A program made the position numbers and the translations under genes. The notes under the pieces were generated by a model. The model worked only from the letters and a program-made list of their open reading frames with translations. It did no database searches and was not told the DNA's origin. Shown here one piece after another: positions 19,081 to 29,286 of a stretch of DNA of 64,000 nt; positions within the stretch are counted from its first letter, which is position 1, and each line of letters starts with the position of its first letter. Source of the DNA: Alphaproteobacteria bacterium (GTDB lineage: Bacteria; Pseudomonadota; Alphaproteobacteria; UBA828); assembly GCA_965237415.1 (NCBI GenBank), contig CBDEFM010000002.1:2816001-2880000 (forward strand). Direction: 5' to 3'.

Positions 19081-19217
19081 TCAGACGAAGGCTCGGCTGG
19101 CGTCCTGGCCGCCCCTCGTGCGCGCTCGAGATCGTTGCCGGGGCCGGTACCGCCGGCCTACTCTCGCGCACCGCCCGGCGCCGCTATGGGAGTGGCGCCC
19201 ATCCGAGACGAAGCGCG

Positions 19218-20468
19218 ATGACCATTGAGGAGGCGCCCGGCCGCGGGCAGGTCCGCGTCATCGGGCTGATCGCACTCGCCCACGGCGCGAGCCACTTCTA
19301 TCAGCTCGCCCTGCCGCCGCTCTTCCCGCACCTCAAGGAGGCGTTCGCGGTCAGCTACACCGAGCTCGGCACGCTGATGACCGTGTTCTACGTGAGCTCC
19401 GGCCTCTCGCAGACTGCGGCGGGTTTCCTGGTCGATCGTTTCTCGGCGCGCACGGTGCTGCTGAGCGGTCTCGCCCTGCTCTGCGTTGCAATCGTGCTGA
19501 TGGGGTTTGCGTCCGCGTTCTGGATGCTGTTTCCGCTCGCCGTGCTCGCGGGGATCGGAAACTGCGTGTTCCACCCGGCCGATCTCTCCATCCTCACCGC
19601 GAGTATCCGCCGCACCCGCCACGGACGGGCCTACGGCTTTCACACGCTTGGCGGCAATCTCGGCTACGCGCTCGCGCCTATCGTCATGGTGGGGCTAGCG
19701 TTGGAGCTGGGCTGGCGGTCGGCGCTCATGGTGGCCGGCGCGGCGGGCCTGATCCTGTTCCTGGTGCTGGCGCTGAACCGGCATCTGTTCCTGGATGCGC
19801 GGGACGAGGCATATCCCGTGCCCGCCCCGCCAGCTGCGGCGGATCGGCCGGCGGCTCCAGTCTGGCGCCGGCCGCTCGCCGCCGTAAGGCAAGGGTTTGC
19901 CCCTCTCCTCTCGGTTCCGGTTCTTCTCTGCTTCGCCTTTTTCGTCCTGTTGAGCGGGGCAACCATCGGGCTCCAATCGTTCTTCCCGGCGCTGATGGAC
20001 CAGCTCTACGGCCTGCCGATCGCCGAGGGCGCACCGCTCCTCTCGGTATTCCTCTTCGGCGCATCGGGAGGCGTACTGCTCGGCGGCTTCCTCGCCGAGC
20101 GTGCGGGCGCACGGCATCAGGTCGTGATTGGCGTGGGCCTTGCATCGGCCGCCGCGTTCTTCGTCGCGATCAGCCTCGGCCTCTTCCCGGCCGCCGCGCT
20201 GGCCGTGCCGTTCGCCCTTGCCGGCATCATGGTCGGCCTCACCATGCCGTCCCGCGACATGCTGGTGCGCGAGAGCGCAGCCGCGTCCGCGCGGGGCCGG
20301 GTCTTCGGATTCGTCTATTCGGGCCTCGATACCGGCGCCGCCGCCGCGCCGCTGATCGTGGGGCTGCTGCTCGACCACGGCGATCCCCGCGCGGTGCTGT
20401 GGTTGATCGCGGCGCTGCTCCTGCTCGCCATCGTCGCCGCCGCTCTGGCGAAAGGGCGAAGAGCATGA
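19218..20468 (+). CDS. MFS transporter (Fsr-like)
   Basis: About 12 hydrophobic segments; GFLVDRFSAR MFS loop, HGASHFYQLALPPLFP, GNCVFHP. Confidence 0.88.
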   Translation: MTIEEAPGRGQVRVIGLIALAHGASHFYQLALPPLFPHLKEAFAVSYTELGTLMTVFYVSSGLSQTAAGFLVDRFSARTVLLSGLALLCVAIVLMGFASAFWMLFPLAVLAGIGNCVFHPADLSILTASIRRTRHGRAYGFHTLGGNLGYALAPIVMVGLALELGWRSALMVAGAAGLILFLVLALNRHLFLDARDEAYPVPAPPAAADRPAAPVWRRPLAAVRQGFAPLLSVPVLLCFAFFVLLSGATIGLQSFFPALMDQLYGLPIAEGAPLLSVFLFGASGGVLLGGFLAERAGARHQVVIGVGLASAAAFFVAISLGLFPAAALAVPFALAGIMVGLTMPSRDMLVRESAAASARGRVFGFVYSGLDTGAAAAPLIVGLLLDHGDPRAVLWLIAALLLLAIVAAALAKGRRA

Positions 20469-20561
20469 ACGTACGCTTCGCGCGCGGCGCCGCGGCGCCG
20501 AGCCATCGGTTACAATCGGCGCGGCCCGTCTCGCGGGCGCCTGCGTCTCCTACGGCAATCG

Positions 20562-21635
20562 GTGAATGACATGGTCAGCTTCGGCTTGTTTTGTCTCATG
20601 GGCTATCGGGACCGGCGGAGCCCGGTCTCCGAGGTGCTCGGCAACGCGGTGCAGATGGTGCAATGGGCGGAGGAGGCGGGCTTCGAGGCAGCGTGGTTCG
20701 CGGAGCACCACTTTTCCAACTATTGCGTCTGCCCCTCGCCGCTGCTGATGGTCAATCACTGCGCGGGGCGCACCACGCGGATCAAGCTCGGGCCCGCGGT
20801 GATCGTGGTGCCGCTCTATCACCCGGTCCGGCTCCTTGCCGAGATCGGCATGACCCAGGCGCTCTTGGGCGAAGAGCGCTTCCTGCTCGGGCTCGGCAGC
20901 GGCTACCAGCCCTACGAGTTCGAGCGTTTCGACGCCGATCTCGGCCAGTCCAAGGCGCAGCTGGAGGAGTTCCTCGCGCTCATGGATCGGGCCTATGCGA
21001 ACGAGACTTTCACCTTCGACGGCGACTTCACCGCCTTGCCCGAGACCAATATCAGCACGCGCCCGCCGGGCGGCGTGCCGCCGATCTGGGTCGCGGGCGA
21101 TTCCGAATCGACGCACAGGCTCGCGGCACAGCGCGGCTTCGTGCCGATCATCACCGGCCGCTGGTTCGGCGCCGACTACCTGGCCGAGCAGCGCGAGCGC
21201 ATCGACGCGTCCTACGCCGCCGAGGGGAGGGGCGGGGAGGCCCACGAGCTCGGGATTCTGCGCTTCGTCTGCGTGACCGAGAGCGACGAGGAAACGCTGG
21301 ACTACCTGATCAATGCCCGCCAGCAGATGCGCTTCGCCGCGGCGCTCCGCAACCGGCAGGAGGCGATGGACGGCGGCATGCTCATCGAACGTCCGTTCTC
21401 CGGCGAACCGCCGCTGGAGGAGATGGCCGCGAACCTGCCGGTAGGCGATGCGGCCACGGTCACATCCAGGCTCGCCGCCGACATCTGCGCCTCCGGCGCG
21501 AGCCATATGATGCTGAACATCCAGGCGGCGGGCTCCACCATGGCGCAGGCCGAGCGGACCATCCGAGCCTTCGCCAGCGAGATCAGGCCCGCCATTGAGC
21601 GCGCGCTTGCCGAGGATCGAGGCGCCGCACCTTAG
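20562..21635 (+). CDS. luciferase-like (LLM class) flavin-dependent monooxygenase
   Basis: AWFAEHHFSNY...PSP, TTRIKLG, HPVRLLAE, LGLGSGY, PPIWVAG. Confidence 0.9.
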   Translation: MNDMVSFGLFCLMGYRDRRSPVSEVLGNAVQMVQWAEEAGFEAAWFAEHHFSNYCVCPSPLLMVNHCAGRTTRIKLGPAVIVVPLYHPVRLLAEIGMTQALLGEERFLLGLGSGYQPYEFERFDADLGQSKAQLEEFLALMDRAYANETFTFDGDFTALPETNISTRPPGGVPPIWVAGDSESTHRLAAQRGFVPIITGRWFGADYLAEQRERIDASYAAEGRGGEAHELGILRFVCVTESDEETLDYLINARQQMRFAAALRNRQEAMDGGMLIERPFSGEPPLEEMAANLPVGDAATVTSRLAADICASGASHMMLNIQAAGSTMAQAERTIRAFASEIRPAIERALAEDRGAAP

Positions 21636-21668
21636 CCCGCATTTGTTACCGTGGTCTGTGCGCTGGTC

Positions 21669-21885
21669 TGCCGCGCCCACGACCCTTCGGGCGTGCGCGA
21701 CCCCGGACCTTGGTGCGGTTCTCGGCGCGCGGCGCCTGCGCCAGGATCGCGCCATGCAGCACGAGGACGAGGGGATCATGGCAGACGAGATGAGCGGGCG
21801 TGCGCGACATCCCACTTAATCCCACTTAATCCCGGCGAATCCCGGACAAAAATTGTGCTCTGTCCATGTGGGACTGCGGAACCGG
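21669..21885 (+). repeat. dispersed modular repeat, copy 1
   Basis: Shares three blocks with the reverse complement of 35814-36023: a CTTCGG hairpin, GATCGCGCCATGCAGC...GAGATGAGCGGG, and a phased ATCCC array ending GCGGAACCGG. Confidence 0.8.
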
Positions 21886-21911
21886 ACTGCGAAATTGATC
21901 AGAAATGCAGG

Positions 21912-23037
21912 TTAGCTCTTTCCCGCCCCCTCCGCCGGGGCGCCGATGCGGGCCGCGAGAGATGCCGCCAAGAACTGGTCGATCCCACCGTCGAGCACGG
22001 CGTCGGGGTTGCTACTCTCGATCCCCGTGCGCACGTCCTTCACCATGCGATAGGGCTGCAGCACGTAGGAGCGGATCTGGTGGCCCCAGCCGATGTCGCT
22101 CTTCTGCTCGGCGAGCGCCTGCGCCTCGCTCTCGCGCTCCTGCAGCGCGCGCTCGTAGAGGCGGGCGCGCAGCATGGACATGGCCTCGGCCTTGTTGCGG
22201 TGCTGCGAACGCTCGGCCTGGCACTGCACGACGATGTTGGTGGGCAGGTGGGTGATGCGGACCGCGCTGTCGGTCCGGTTGACATGCTGCCCGCCCGCGC
22301 CCGAGGCCCGGTAGGTATCGATCCTGAGGTCCTTCTCGACGATCTCGATGTCGATGGTCTCGTCCACCACGGGGTAGACCCAAACGGAGGCGAAGCTCGT
22401 ATGGCGTCTTGCGCCCGCGTCGAAGGGGGAGATACGGACCAGGCGGTGCACGCCGCTCTCGGTCTTGAGCCAGCCGTAGGCGCTCTCGCCCGAAACCTTG
22501 ATGACGGCCGACTTGATTCCCGCTTCCTCGCCGGGGCTCTCCTCGATCCACTCGACAGCGTAGCCCCGCTGCTCCGCCCAGCGCACGTACATGCGCAGCA
22601 GCATTTCGGCCCAGTCCTGCGATTCGGTGCCGCCGGCCCCGGCATGGACCTCGAGGAAGCCGTCGTTACCGTCGGCCTCGCCCGAGAGCAGGCTCTCCAG
22701 CTCGCGCCGCTTCGCTTCCTTGCGGGTCTGGGCAAGCGCGGCTTCCGCCTCGCCGTAGACCTCCTCGTCGGCCTCCTCGTCGGCGAGCTCGGCGAGCGCG
22801 AGGCCGTCCTCCAGCTCCTGCTCCAGCCGCTGGTAGGTGCCGACCGCCGCATCGAGCCGGGTACGCTCCTGCATCACCTGGCGCGCCCGCTCGGCATCGG
22901 CCCAGAGGTCGGGGTCCTCGGCCTCGCGGTTCAGCGCCTCCAGGCGGTCACGGGCGCCGTCGAGGTCAAAGGTGCCTCCTCAGCAGCGCCAGCGACTGCT
23001 TGATGTCATGGGCAAGCGACAGGATTTCGGCGCGCAT
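21912..23037 (-). CDS. prfB: peptide chain release factor 2 with programmed +1 frameshift
   Basis: MRAEILSLAHDIKQSLALLRRHL, then AGGAGG-CAC-CTT-TGA-C at 22980-22965; the +1 frame continues to GGTES, SPF and GGQ motifs. Confidence 0.96.
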
Positions 23038-23061
23038 CGGCTGGTCCCCTCCGGTGGGCGC

Positions 23062-25467
23062 TCAATATACGGCGCCCAACCCCTCGAACGGAACCGCGCC
23101 GGTTTCCAGCATGCCATCCGGGCCAGCGCTCTGCCTCAGCGCGGCCCGCTGTGTCGGTTCGGTGCCGGGCAGAAACGCCTCGACGATCACGTCATCGCTG
23201 ACGGGGCCAGGCAACGAGCCGGTCTCGCGCTCGACCCGCACAAAACGGATGCCCGGCGGCACCCGGAAGGGCACGGCCGGCTTGCCGGCCAAGGCCGCGG
23301 CGAAGAAGTCCCGCACGATCGGCGCCGCGACCCGGCCCCCCGATTCCTTCCGCCCCAGCGATTGCGGCTGGTCGAATCCGACATAGGCCACGGCAACCAG
23401 ATCAGGGGTGAAGCCCACGAACCAGGCATCGCGGAACTCGTTGGTGGTCCCTGTCTTGCCGCCGATCGGCGCGCCCAGCTTGCGGAGCGCGCGGCCGGTG
23501 CCGCGCTGCACGGCGCCCTCCAGCATGGATACGACCTGGTACGTGGTGCGTGGATCGGCGATCACGGGGCGCGTGTCGCGCAGCGCGGGCGGCAGCTGGT
23601 GCTGCCATTCGCCAGGCCGGCAACCGTCGCAGTCGCGTGCATCCCGCTGGTAGACCGTGCGGCCGTTGCGGTCCTGAATTCGCTCGACGAAAGCCGGTTC
23701 GATCCTGCGCCCGCCATTGACCAGCATGGCGTAGGCGGTGGCGAGATCGAGCGGCGTCGTCTCCAGCGAGCCGAGGGCGGCCGAGGGCAACTCCGGCAGA
23801 TCCGGGTGGAGCCCGAAGCGTGCGGCGTAGTCGGCGACGGTCTTCATGCCGATGTGCTGGGCCACGCGGAGCGTCATCAGGTTGCGCGATTCCTCGAGCC
23901 CGACCCGGAGCGTGCTGGGCCCGTAGAAACGCTCCGTGTAGTTCTCCGGCTTCCACTTGCGCAGGTGCTCGCCCTGGTCGATCACCACCGGCGCATCGAG
24001 CACGATGGAGGCCGGCGTGTAGCCGTTATCGAGCGCCGCGAGATAGACGAACGGCTTGAAGGCCGAGCCCGGCTGGCGCCGGGCCTGGGTCGCGCGGTCG
24101 AACTCGCTCGTGGCGAAGTCGAAGCCGCCGACCAGCGCCAGCACCCGTCCGGTGTGCGGGTCGAGCGCCACCAGGGCGCCCGAGACTTGGGGAATCTGGC
24201 GGAGCGCGAAGGCTCCGTCCCGACCTTCCAGCGGCTCGGCCGGAACAACATCGCCCGCGCTCAGCACCTGGTGGGCCGCGGTGACTTCGGGCCCGAGCCG
24301 GCCCTTCCCGCGGGCCTTCCGCGCCCACTTGAGGTCGTCGAGCGCGATGACGCCGCGTTCGCCGTTGGCGAAGCCGATGACGGCCCGGCCCGGCTCCACC
24401 GCCAACACCGCTGCGAGGCGCCACGGCGCCGGCACCGGCGAAATCTCCTCCGCTCCGAGCGCCTCTTGCCAGTCGTCCGCCGGGTCGATCCGGGCGAGCG
24501 GGCCTCGCCAGCCGCGGCGGGCGTCATAGGCAACGAGGCCACCGCGCAGCGCCCGGTCGGCCATCGCCTGCAGGGCCGGGTCGACCGTCGTACGGACAGA
24601 GAGGCCGCCTTCGTAGAGCGTATCGTCGCCGTAGCGCGCCAGCAGCCAGCGGCGCACCTCCTCGGCGAAGTGCGGGGCCTCGACGAAGGTCTCGGGCGCC
24701 CGCGCCCTGGTGCGGAGCGGCGCCTGCATGGCGGCCTCGGCCACGGCGGCGCTCACCGCACCGTTCGCGACCATCTGGCCGAGCACCCAGTTGCGCCGCC
24801 CCACCGCCGCCTCGCGCTTGCGCACCGGGTGATAGTTGTTCGGCGCCTTGGGAAGGGCGGCCAGATAGGCGATTTCCTCGAGCGAAAGGTCGTTGAGGGA
24901 GCGGTCGAAATAGTTGAGCGCCGCCGCCGCCACGCCATACGAGCCCGCTCCGAGATAGATCTCGTTGAGATAGAGCTCGAGAATCCGGTCCTTGGTGAAG
25001 GTATCCTCGATCCTCATCGCGAGGATGGCTTCCTTGATCTTGCGCGAGAAGGAGAGCTCGCCCGAGAGCAGGAAGTTCTTCGCCACCTGCTGGGTGATCG
25101 TCGACGCGCCCACCAGCCTGCGGTCGCCGCCCAGATTGACCAGGTTCGTGACCACCGCGTTTGCCACGCTCAGCGGATCGATCCCGAAATGCTCGTAGAA
25201 CGCCTTGTCCTCGGCGGCGAGGAAAGCCTGGATCACCCGGCGCGGCATGGCGACGAGAGGCACGAACAGACGCTTCTCGCGGGCATGCTCGGCGAGCAGC
25301 CGCCCGTCGCCGGCGTGCACCCGGGTCATCACCGGCGGCTCGTAGGCCGCGAGTTGGTTGTGATCCGGCAGGTCGCGGCCATAGTGGAAGAACACGAAGG
25401 CGATGGCACCGCCGGCGAGAGCGGCGAGCAGAACGATGCTGCCCAGGACGATGCCGAGGATCTTCAT
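23062..25467 (-). CDS. mrcA: penicillin-binding protein 1A
   Basis: AAEDKAFYEH, GASTITQQVAKN, RQPGSAFKP (SxxK), SRN, GKTGT. Confidence 0.95.
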   Translation of the reverse strand: MKILGIVLGSIVLLAALAGGAIAFVFFHYGRDLPDHNQLAAYEPPVMTRVHAGDGRLLAEHAREKRLFVPLVAMPRRVIQAFLAAEDKAFYEHFGIDPLSVANAVVTNLVNLGGDRRLVGASTITQQVAKNFLLSGELSFSRKIKEAILAMRIEDTFTKDRILELYLNEIYLGAGSYGVAAAALNYFDRSLNDLSLEEIAYLAALPKAPNNYHPVRKREAAVGRRNWVLGQMVANGAVSAAVAEAAMQAPLRTRARAPETFVEAPHFAEEVRRWLLARYGDDTLYEGGLSVRTTVDPALQAMADRALRGGLVAYDARRGWRGPLARIDPADDWQEALGAEEISPVPAPWRLAAVLAVEPGRAVIGFANGERGVIALDDLKWARKARGKGRLGPEVTAAHQVLSAGDVVPAEPLEGRDGAFALRQIPQVSGALVALDPHTGRVLALVGGFDFATSEFDRATQARRQPGSAFKPFVYLAALDNGYTPASIVLDAPVVIDQGEHLRKWKPENYTERFYGPSTLRVGLEESRNLMTLRVAQHIGMKTVADYAARFGLHPDLPELPSAALGSLETTPLDLATAYAMLVNGGRRIEPAFVERIQDRNGRTVYQRDARDCDGCRPGEWQHQLPPALRDTRPVIADPRTTYQVVSMLEGAVQRGTGRALRKLGAPIGGKTGTTNEFRDAWFVGFTPDLVAVAYVGFDQPQSLGRKESGGRVAAPIVRDFFAAALAGKPAVPFRVPPGIRFVRVERETGSLPGPVSDDVIVEAFLPGTEPTQRAALRQSAGPDGMLETGAVPFEGLGAVY

Positions 25468-25580
25468 CCGTGTGCGGGCCTGGCGGTCTAAGGAGTCGCG
25501 GGCGCTCCAGCCTAGCATCGATTGGGATGGGGGGGCGCACCATCCATTGGACGACAGGAATGAGGCGAGACTGCGGCAGG

Positions 25581-26801
25581 TTAGCAGGGCTCGCGGAAAT
25601 ACGTGTCGAGCGCGTTCAGGATCGCGCCGGCCAGAGCGCGCCGGTGGGTCTTGCTCGTCAGCCGCTCCGCATCCTGGTCGTTCGAGAGGAATCCGAGCTC
25701 GACCAGCACCGAAGGGATGTCCGGTGCCTTGAGAACGCGGAAATCGCCGAACCGGTGCGGGTGCCTGATAAGCGGCGCTACGCGCTCGAGCTCCGGCAGC
25801 AGCGTTGCTGCGAGCGATGCCGAGCAGTTCATCGTGTTCTGCTGGACCAGCGAGATCAGCACCTTGGCCACGTCTTCGTCGTAGCCATCGGTAAGATCGA
25901 CGTCGGCAACGATATCGGCCTTGTTCTCGCGCGCCGCCAGTTCGGCGGTCTCGACATCGGACGCCTCGTCGGAGAGCGTGTAGACCGATGCGCCGCGCAC
26001 GTCGCGGTTCTCCAAACGGTCGAGATGAATGGAGAGGAAGAGATCGGCACCGGCGTTGCGGGCGATGACGACCCGCCGCTTCAGTCGGACTTTGCGGTCG
26101 CCGTCGCGGGTCATCACCACCTGGTATCTGCCGGACTCTACGAGAACGGTCCGAAGCTCGCGGGCAAAGGCCAGCGCCAGCGTCTTCTCCCTCAAGCCAT
26201 TCGTAGCTATCGCACCGGGGTCGCGGCCGCCGTGGCCGGCGTCGATCGCGATCAGATGGCGTACGGGCTTCGGCGCCGGTTTCAGCTTCGGTAACGGCAC
26301 GGGCCCGGCCGGAGCGACTGGTTTGGCTCGCAAGACCGGCTCGACCGGCTTCGGAGGTCGGGCGGCAGCCTCGTACGCTGACAGCGAAATCGGGACGAAA
26401 TCCAGGACCAGCCGATGGGGGGCCGTGCCCTCCGCGTCGGCTGCAAGCATCCGCGCTTGTCGCACGGCGAGCGGCTGGTCGAGGTCGACCACGATGCGCG
26501 TGGTGTCAGGCCGGAACTGGCCGTAGCGCAGCCGCACGACGCCTGAGTGGCCGACGGCGAGAGAGCGCTCCTCCAGTGCCCAGTGCAGCGCCGGCAGATC
26601 GATCACCACGCGGTTGGGCCCCGCAAGAGCAAAAATTTTAAACGTTGTCGGCTCAGTCAGGTCCAGGATCAGCCGGGTCATGCCGTCGTGCTGGCCGACC
26701 CGAACGCCCGTGAGCGAGGATGTGACCTGCGCGCTTGCCGCGACAACCGCGACGAGCAACAACACGAAGACCGCAGCCGCGGCCCCGCGCCGCCATATCA
26801 C
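25581..26801 (-). CDS. amiC: N-acetylmuramoyl-L-alanine amidase (AMIN + Amidase_3)
   Basis: Signal peptide, AMIN-like region, IDAGHGGRDPGA, FLSIH, PSVLVELGFLSN. Confidence 0.92.
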   Translation of the reverse strand: MIWRRGAAAAVFVLLLVAVVAASAQVTSSLTGVRVGQHDGMTRLILDLTEPTTFKIFALAGPNRVVIDLPALHWALEERSLAVGHSGVVRLRYGQFRPDTTRIVVDLDQPLAVRQARMLAADAEGTAPHRLVLDFVPISLSAYEAAARPPKPVEPVLRAKPVAPAGPVPLPKLKPAPKPVRHLIAIDAGHGGRDPGAIATNGLREKTLALAFARELRTVLVESGRYQVVMTRDGDRKVRLKRRVVIARNAGADLFLSIHLDRLENRDVRGASVYTLSDEASDVETAELAARENKADIVADVDLTDGYDEDVAKVLISLVQQNTMNCSASLAATLLPELERVAPLIRHPHRFGDFRVLKAPDIPSVLVELGFLSNDQDAERLTSKTHRRALAGAILNALDTYFREPC

Positions 26802-26978
26802 CCTGTCGCTCCACGGCCTGCCGGCATCTGCGACTCCCAGACCGGCAATCGTCTTCCTTCATAAAGGCTATAGCCGCGCCACGGCAACGCCTTATGCGTC
26901 GGGGCATGGAGCGGCGGATGCGGTGCTTGCCGCACCGGCTCTCATGCTAATCTTCTCGAGTTGCGAGGGAGAGACGGC

Positions 26979-27755
26979 ATGACGCAGAACGGCGACGGCG
27001 GTGAGGCGGCACCGCGCAAGGCGCGCCGCTCACGCGCCGAGAGCCGGACGCGGCGCGAGCTCGCCGCCTGCTACCGCATGTTCTACCGGCGCGGCATGGA
27101 CGACCTGATCTACACGCACCTTTCGGTGCGGATTCCCGACCGGCGCGACTGCTACCTCTTCATCGGCTTCGGCCAGCTGTTCGACGATGTGACGGCATCC
27201 AGCCTGATGACCGTCGACATCGAAGGCCGCAACGTCGGACGAACGCCGGGGGAGGTCAATCCGGCGGGCTGGGTGGTGCACCGGACCGTCTTCGAGGCGG
27301 TGCCGGAGGCCGAGAGCGTGATGCATCTCCACACGGTGCCAGGAGTCGCCGTGTCGGCGCAGAAGGGCGGGCTGTTGCCGATCAACCAGTTCGCGATCAC
27401 CCATGCCGGCCGGATCGCCTACCACGACTATGACGGCCCCGGTCTCGGGCCGGCCGAGCAGACGACCCTGATTCGCGACCTCGGCGACAAGCGGATGATG
27501 TTCCTGCGCAACCACGGCACACTGACCTGGGGGCGCTCGATCGCCGAGGCGTTCACGCTGATGCACTATCTGGAGCGCACCTGCGAAATCCAGCTCGCCG
27601 CCCAGGCGGGCGGCCAGCCGGTGCTGCCGCCGAAGTCCGTCATCGAGCGGACGGCGGCAATCGGCCAGGGAACCGGCAACGCGGAATGGGCCAGGATCGG
27701 CTTCGAGGCGCTGCTGCGCCGCCTCGACCGGGAGGATCCATCTTACCGGCGCTAG
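26979..27755 (+). CDS. class II aldolase/adducin family protein
   Basis: DLIYTHLSVR, NPAGWVVH, VMHLHT, LRNHG. Confidence 0.9.
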   Translation: MTQNGDGGEAAPRKARRSRAESRTRRELAACYRMFYRRGMDDLIYTHLSVRIPDRRDCYLFIGFGQLFDDVTASSLMTVDIEGRNVGRTPGEVNPAGWVVHRTVFEAVPEAESVMHLHTVPGVAVSAQKGGLLPINQFAITHAGRIAYHDYDGPGLGPAEQTTLIRDLGDKRMMFLRNHGTLTWGRSIAEAFTLMHYLERTCEIQLAAQAGGQPVLPPKSVIERTAAIGQGTGNAEWARIGFEALLRRLDREDPSYRR

Positions 27756-27788
27756 TGCCGCTTCCGCCCGGCAGGCTATAGTGGCGCC

Positions 27789-29183
27789 ATGGCTACACTC
27801 CTAAAAAACACCGATACGCAAAGCGCGATCGAGGAGCTCGGCGCGCTCCTCGGCGACCGGCTCTCGACATCGCCCGCGGTGTGCGAGCATCACGCGACCG
27901 GCGAGACCTACCATGCGTCGCGCCCTCCGGACGCGGTGGTCTTCCCCGAAACGACGGAGGAAGTTGCGGAAATCGTCCGCATCTGCGCCGCGCATGGCGT
28001 GCCCATGATTCCCTATGGGGTGGGCACCTCGGTCGAGGGCAATGTCTGCGCACTGGAGGGCGGTGTCACCCTCGACATGGGGCGGATGAACCAGGTCCTC
28101 CGGGTGAGTCAGGAGGACCTCGACGTCACCGTCCAGGCCGGTGTCACGCGCAAGCAGCTCAACACCCATCTGCGCGATACCGGGCTGTTCTTCCCCATCG
28201 ATCCGGGGGCGGACGCGACCCTCGGCGGCATGACCGCGACGCGCGCCTCCGGCACCAATGCGGTGCGTTACGGCACGCTCAAGGAGAATGTGCTGGGGCT
28301 CACGGTGGTGCTGCCCGATGGGCAGATCATCAAAACCGGTGGGCGCGCGCGCAAGTCGGCGGCGGGCTACGACCTCACCCGACTCTTCGTCGGCTCCGAG
28401 GGCACGCTCGGCGTGATGACCGAGATCACGCTCAGGCTCTACGGCATCCCCGAGGCGATATCGGCGGCGGTGTGCTCCTTCCCCTCGCTCGAGGCGGCGG
28501 TCAACACGGTGATCCTGACCATTCAGTCGGGCATCCCCATCGCCCGGGTGGAGCTGCTCGACGACATTCAGATGGACGCCTGCAACAAGTTCTCGAAGCT
28601 CGATTACGCGCCCAAGGACACGCTCTTTTTCGAGTTCCACGGCACAGAGCGCGGCGTCGCCGAACAGGTGGAGCAGGTGCGTGAGATCGTTCAGGAGTTC
28701 GGCGGCTCGGACTTCCGCTGGTCGACGAAGCCTGAGGAGCGGAACGCACTCTGGCAGGCGCGGCACGATGTCTACTATGCATGCCTCGCGCTGCAGCCGG
28801 GCAAGAAGGGTTGGGCGACGGATGTCTGTGTGCCGATCTCCCGCCTTGCCGAGTGCCTGATCGAGACCAAGGAGGAGCTCGACGCCTCTCCCCTGCTGGC
28901 CCCGATCGTGGGCCACGTCGGCGACGGCAATTTCCACGTCTGCTTCCTCATCGACCCGGACGATCCGGCCGAGATGGCCGAGGCCAAGCGCCTCAACGGA
29001 CGCATGATCGACCGCGCACTCGCCATGGACGGGACCAGTACGGGCGAGCACGGCATCGGCTGCGGCAAGCTGGAGTATCTGGAGGCCGAGCACGGCGTCG
29101 GTGCCGTCGACCTCATGCGCACGCTCAAGCGGACGGTCGATCCCCATAACCTGATGAATCCGGGGAAGGTCGTCGTCGTCTGA
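27789..29183 (+). CDS. dld: FAD-linked D-lactate/D-2-hydroxyacid dehydrogenase
   Basis: PIDPGADATLGGM, GYDLTRLFVGSEGTLG, GHVGDGNFH, GEHGIG. Confidence 0.88.
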   Translation: MATLLKNTDTQSAIEELGALLGDRLSTSPAVCEHHATGETYHASRPPDAVVFPETTEEVAEIVRICAAHGVPMIPYGVGTSVEGNVCALEGGVTLDMGRMNQVLRVSQEDLDVTVQAGVTRKQLNTHLRDTGLFFPIDPGADATLGGMTATRASGTNAVRYGTLKENVLGLTVVLPDGQIIKTGGRARKSAAGYDLTRLFVGSEGTLGVMTEITLRLYGIPEAISAAVCSFPSLEAAVNTVILTIQSGIPIARVELLDDIQMDACNKFSKLDYAPKDTLFFEFHGTERGVAEQVEQVREIVQEFGGSDFRWSTKPEERNALWQARHDVYYACLALQPGKKGWATDVCVPISRLAECLIETKEELDASPLLAPIVGHVGDGNFHVCFLIDPDDPAEMAEAKRLNGRMIDRALAMDGTSTGEHGIGCGKLEYLEAEHGVGAVDLMRTLKRTVDPHNLMNPGKVVVV

Positions 29184-29286
29184 CCGCGGGCCTCTGCCCG
29201 CGTCCGTGGCGTGCAGGTAGCGCTTCTTAGAAGGAGCACCAGACGGCCCGATGCGGCGGCGGCTTACCCGTCGCGTGCGCCCTGGG

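Noticed and set aside
21809-21850. ATCCCACTTA repeats as a CRISPR array
   Set aside because: The units are 10 bp with no unique spacers, and there are no cas genes; kept as a dispersed repeat instead.
22877-23037. prfB as a truncated pseudogene
   Set aside because: The canonical programmed frameshift signal is intact.
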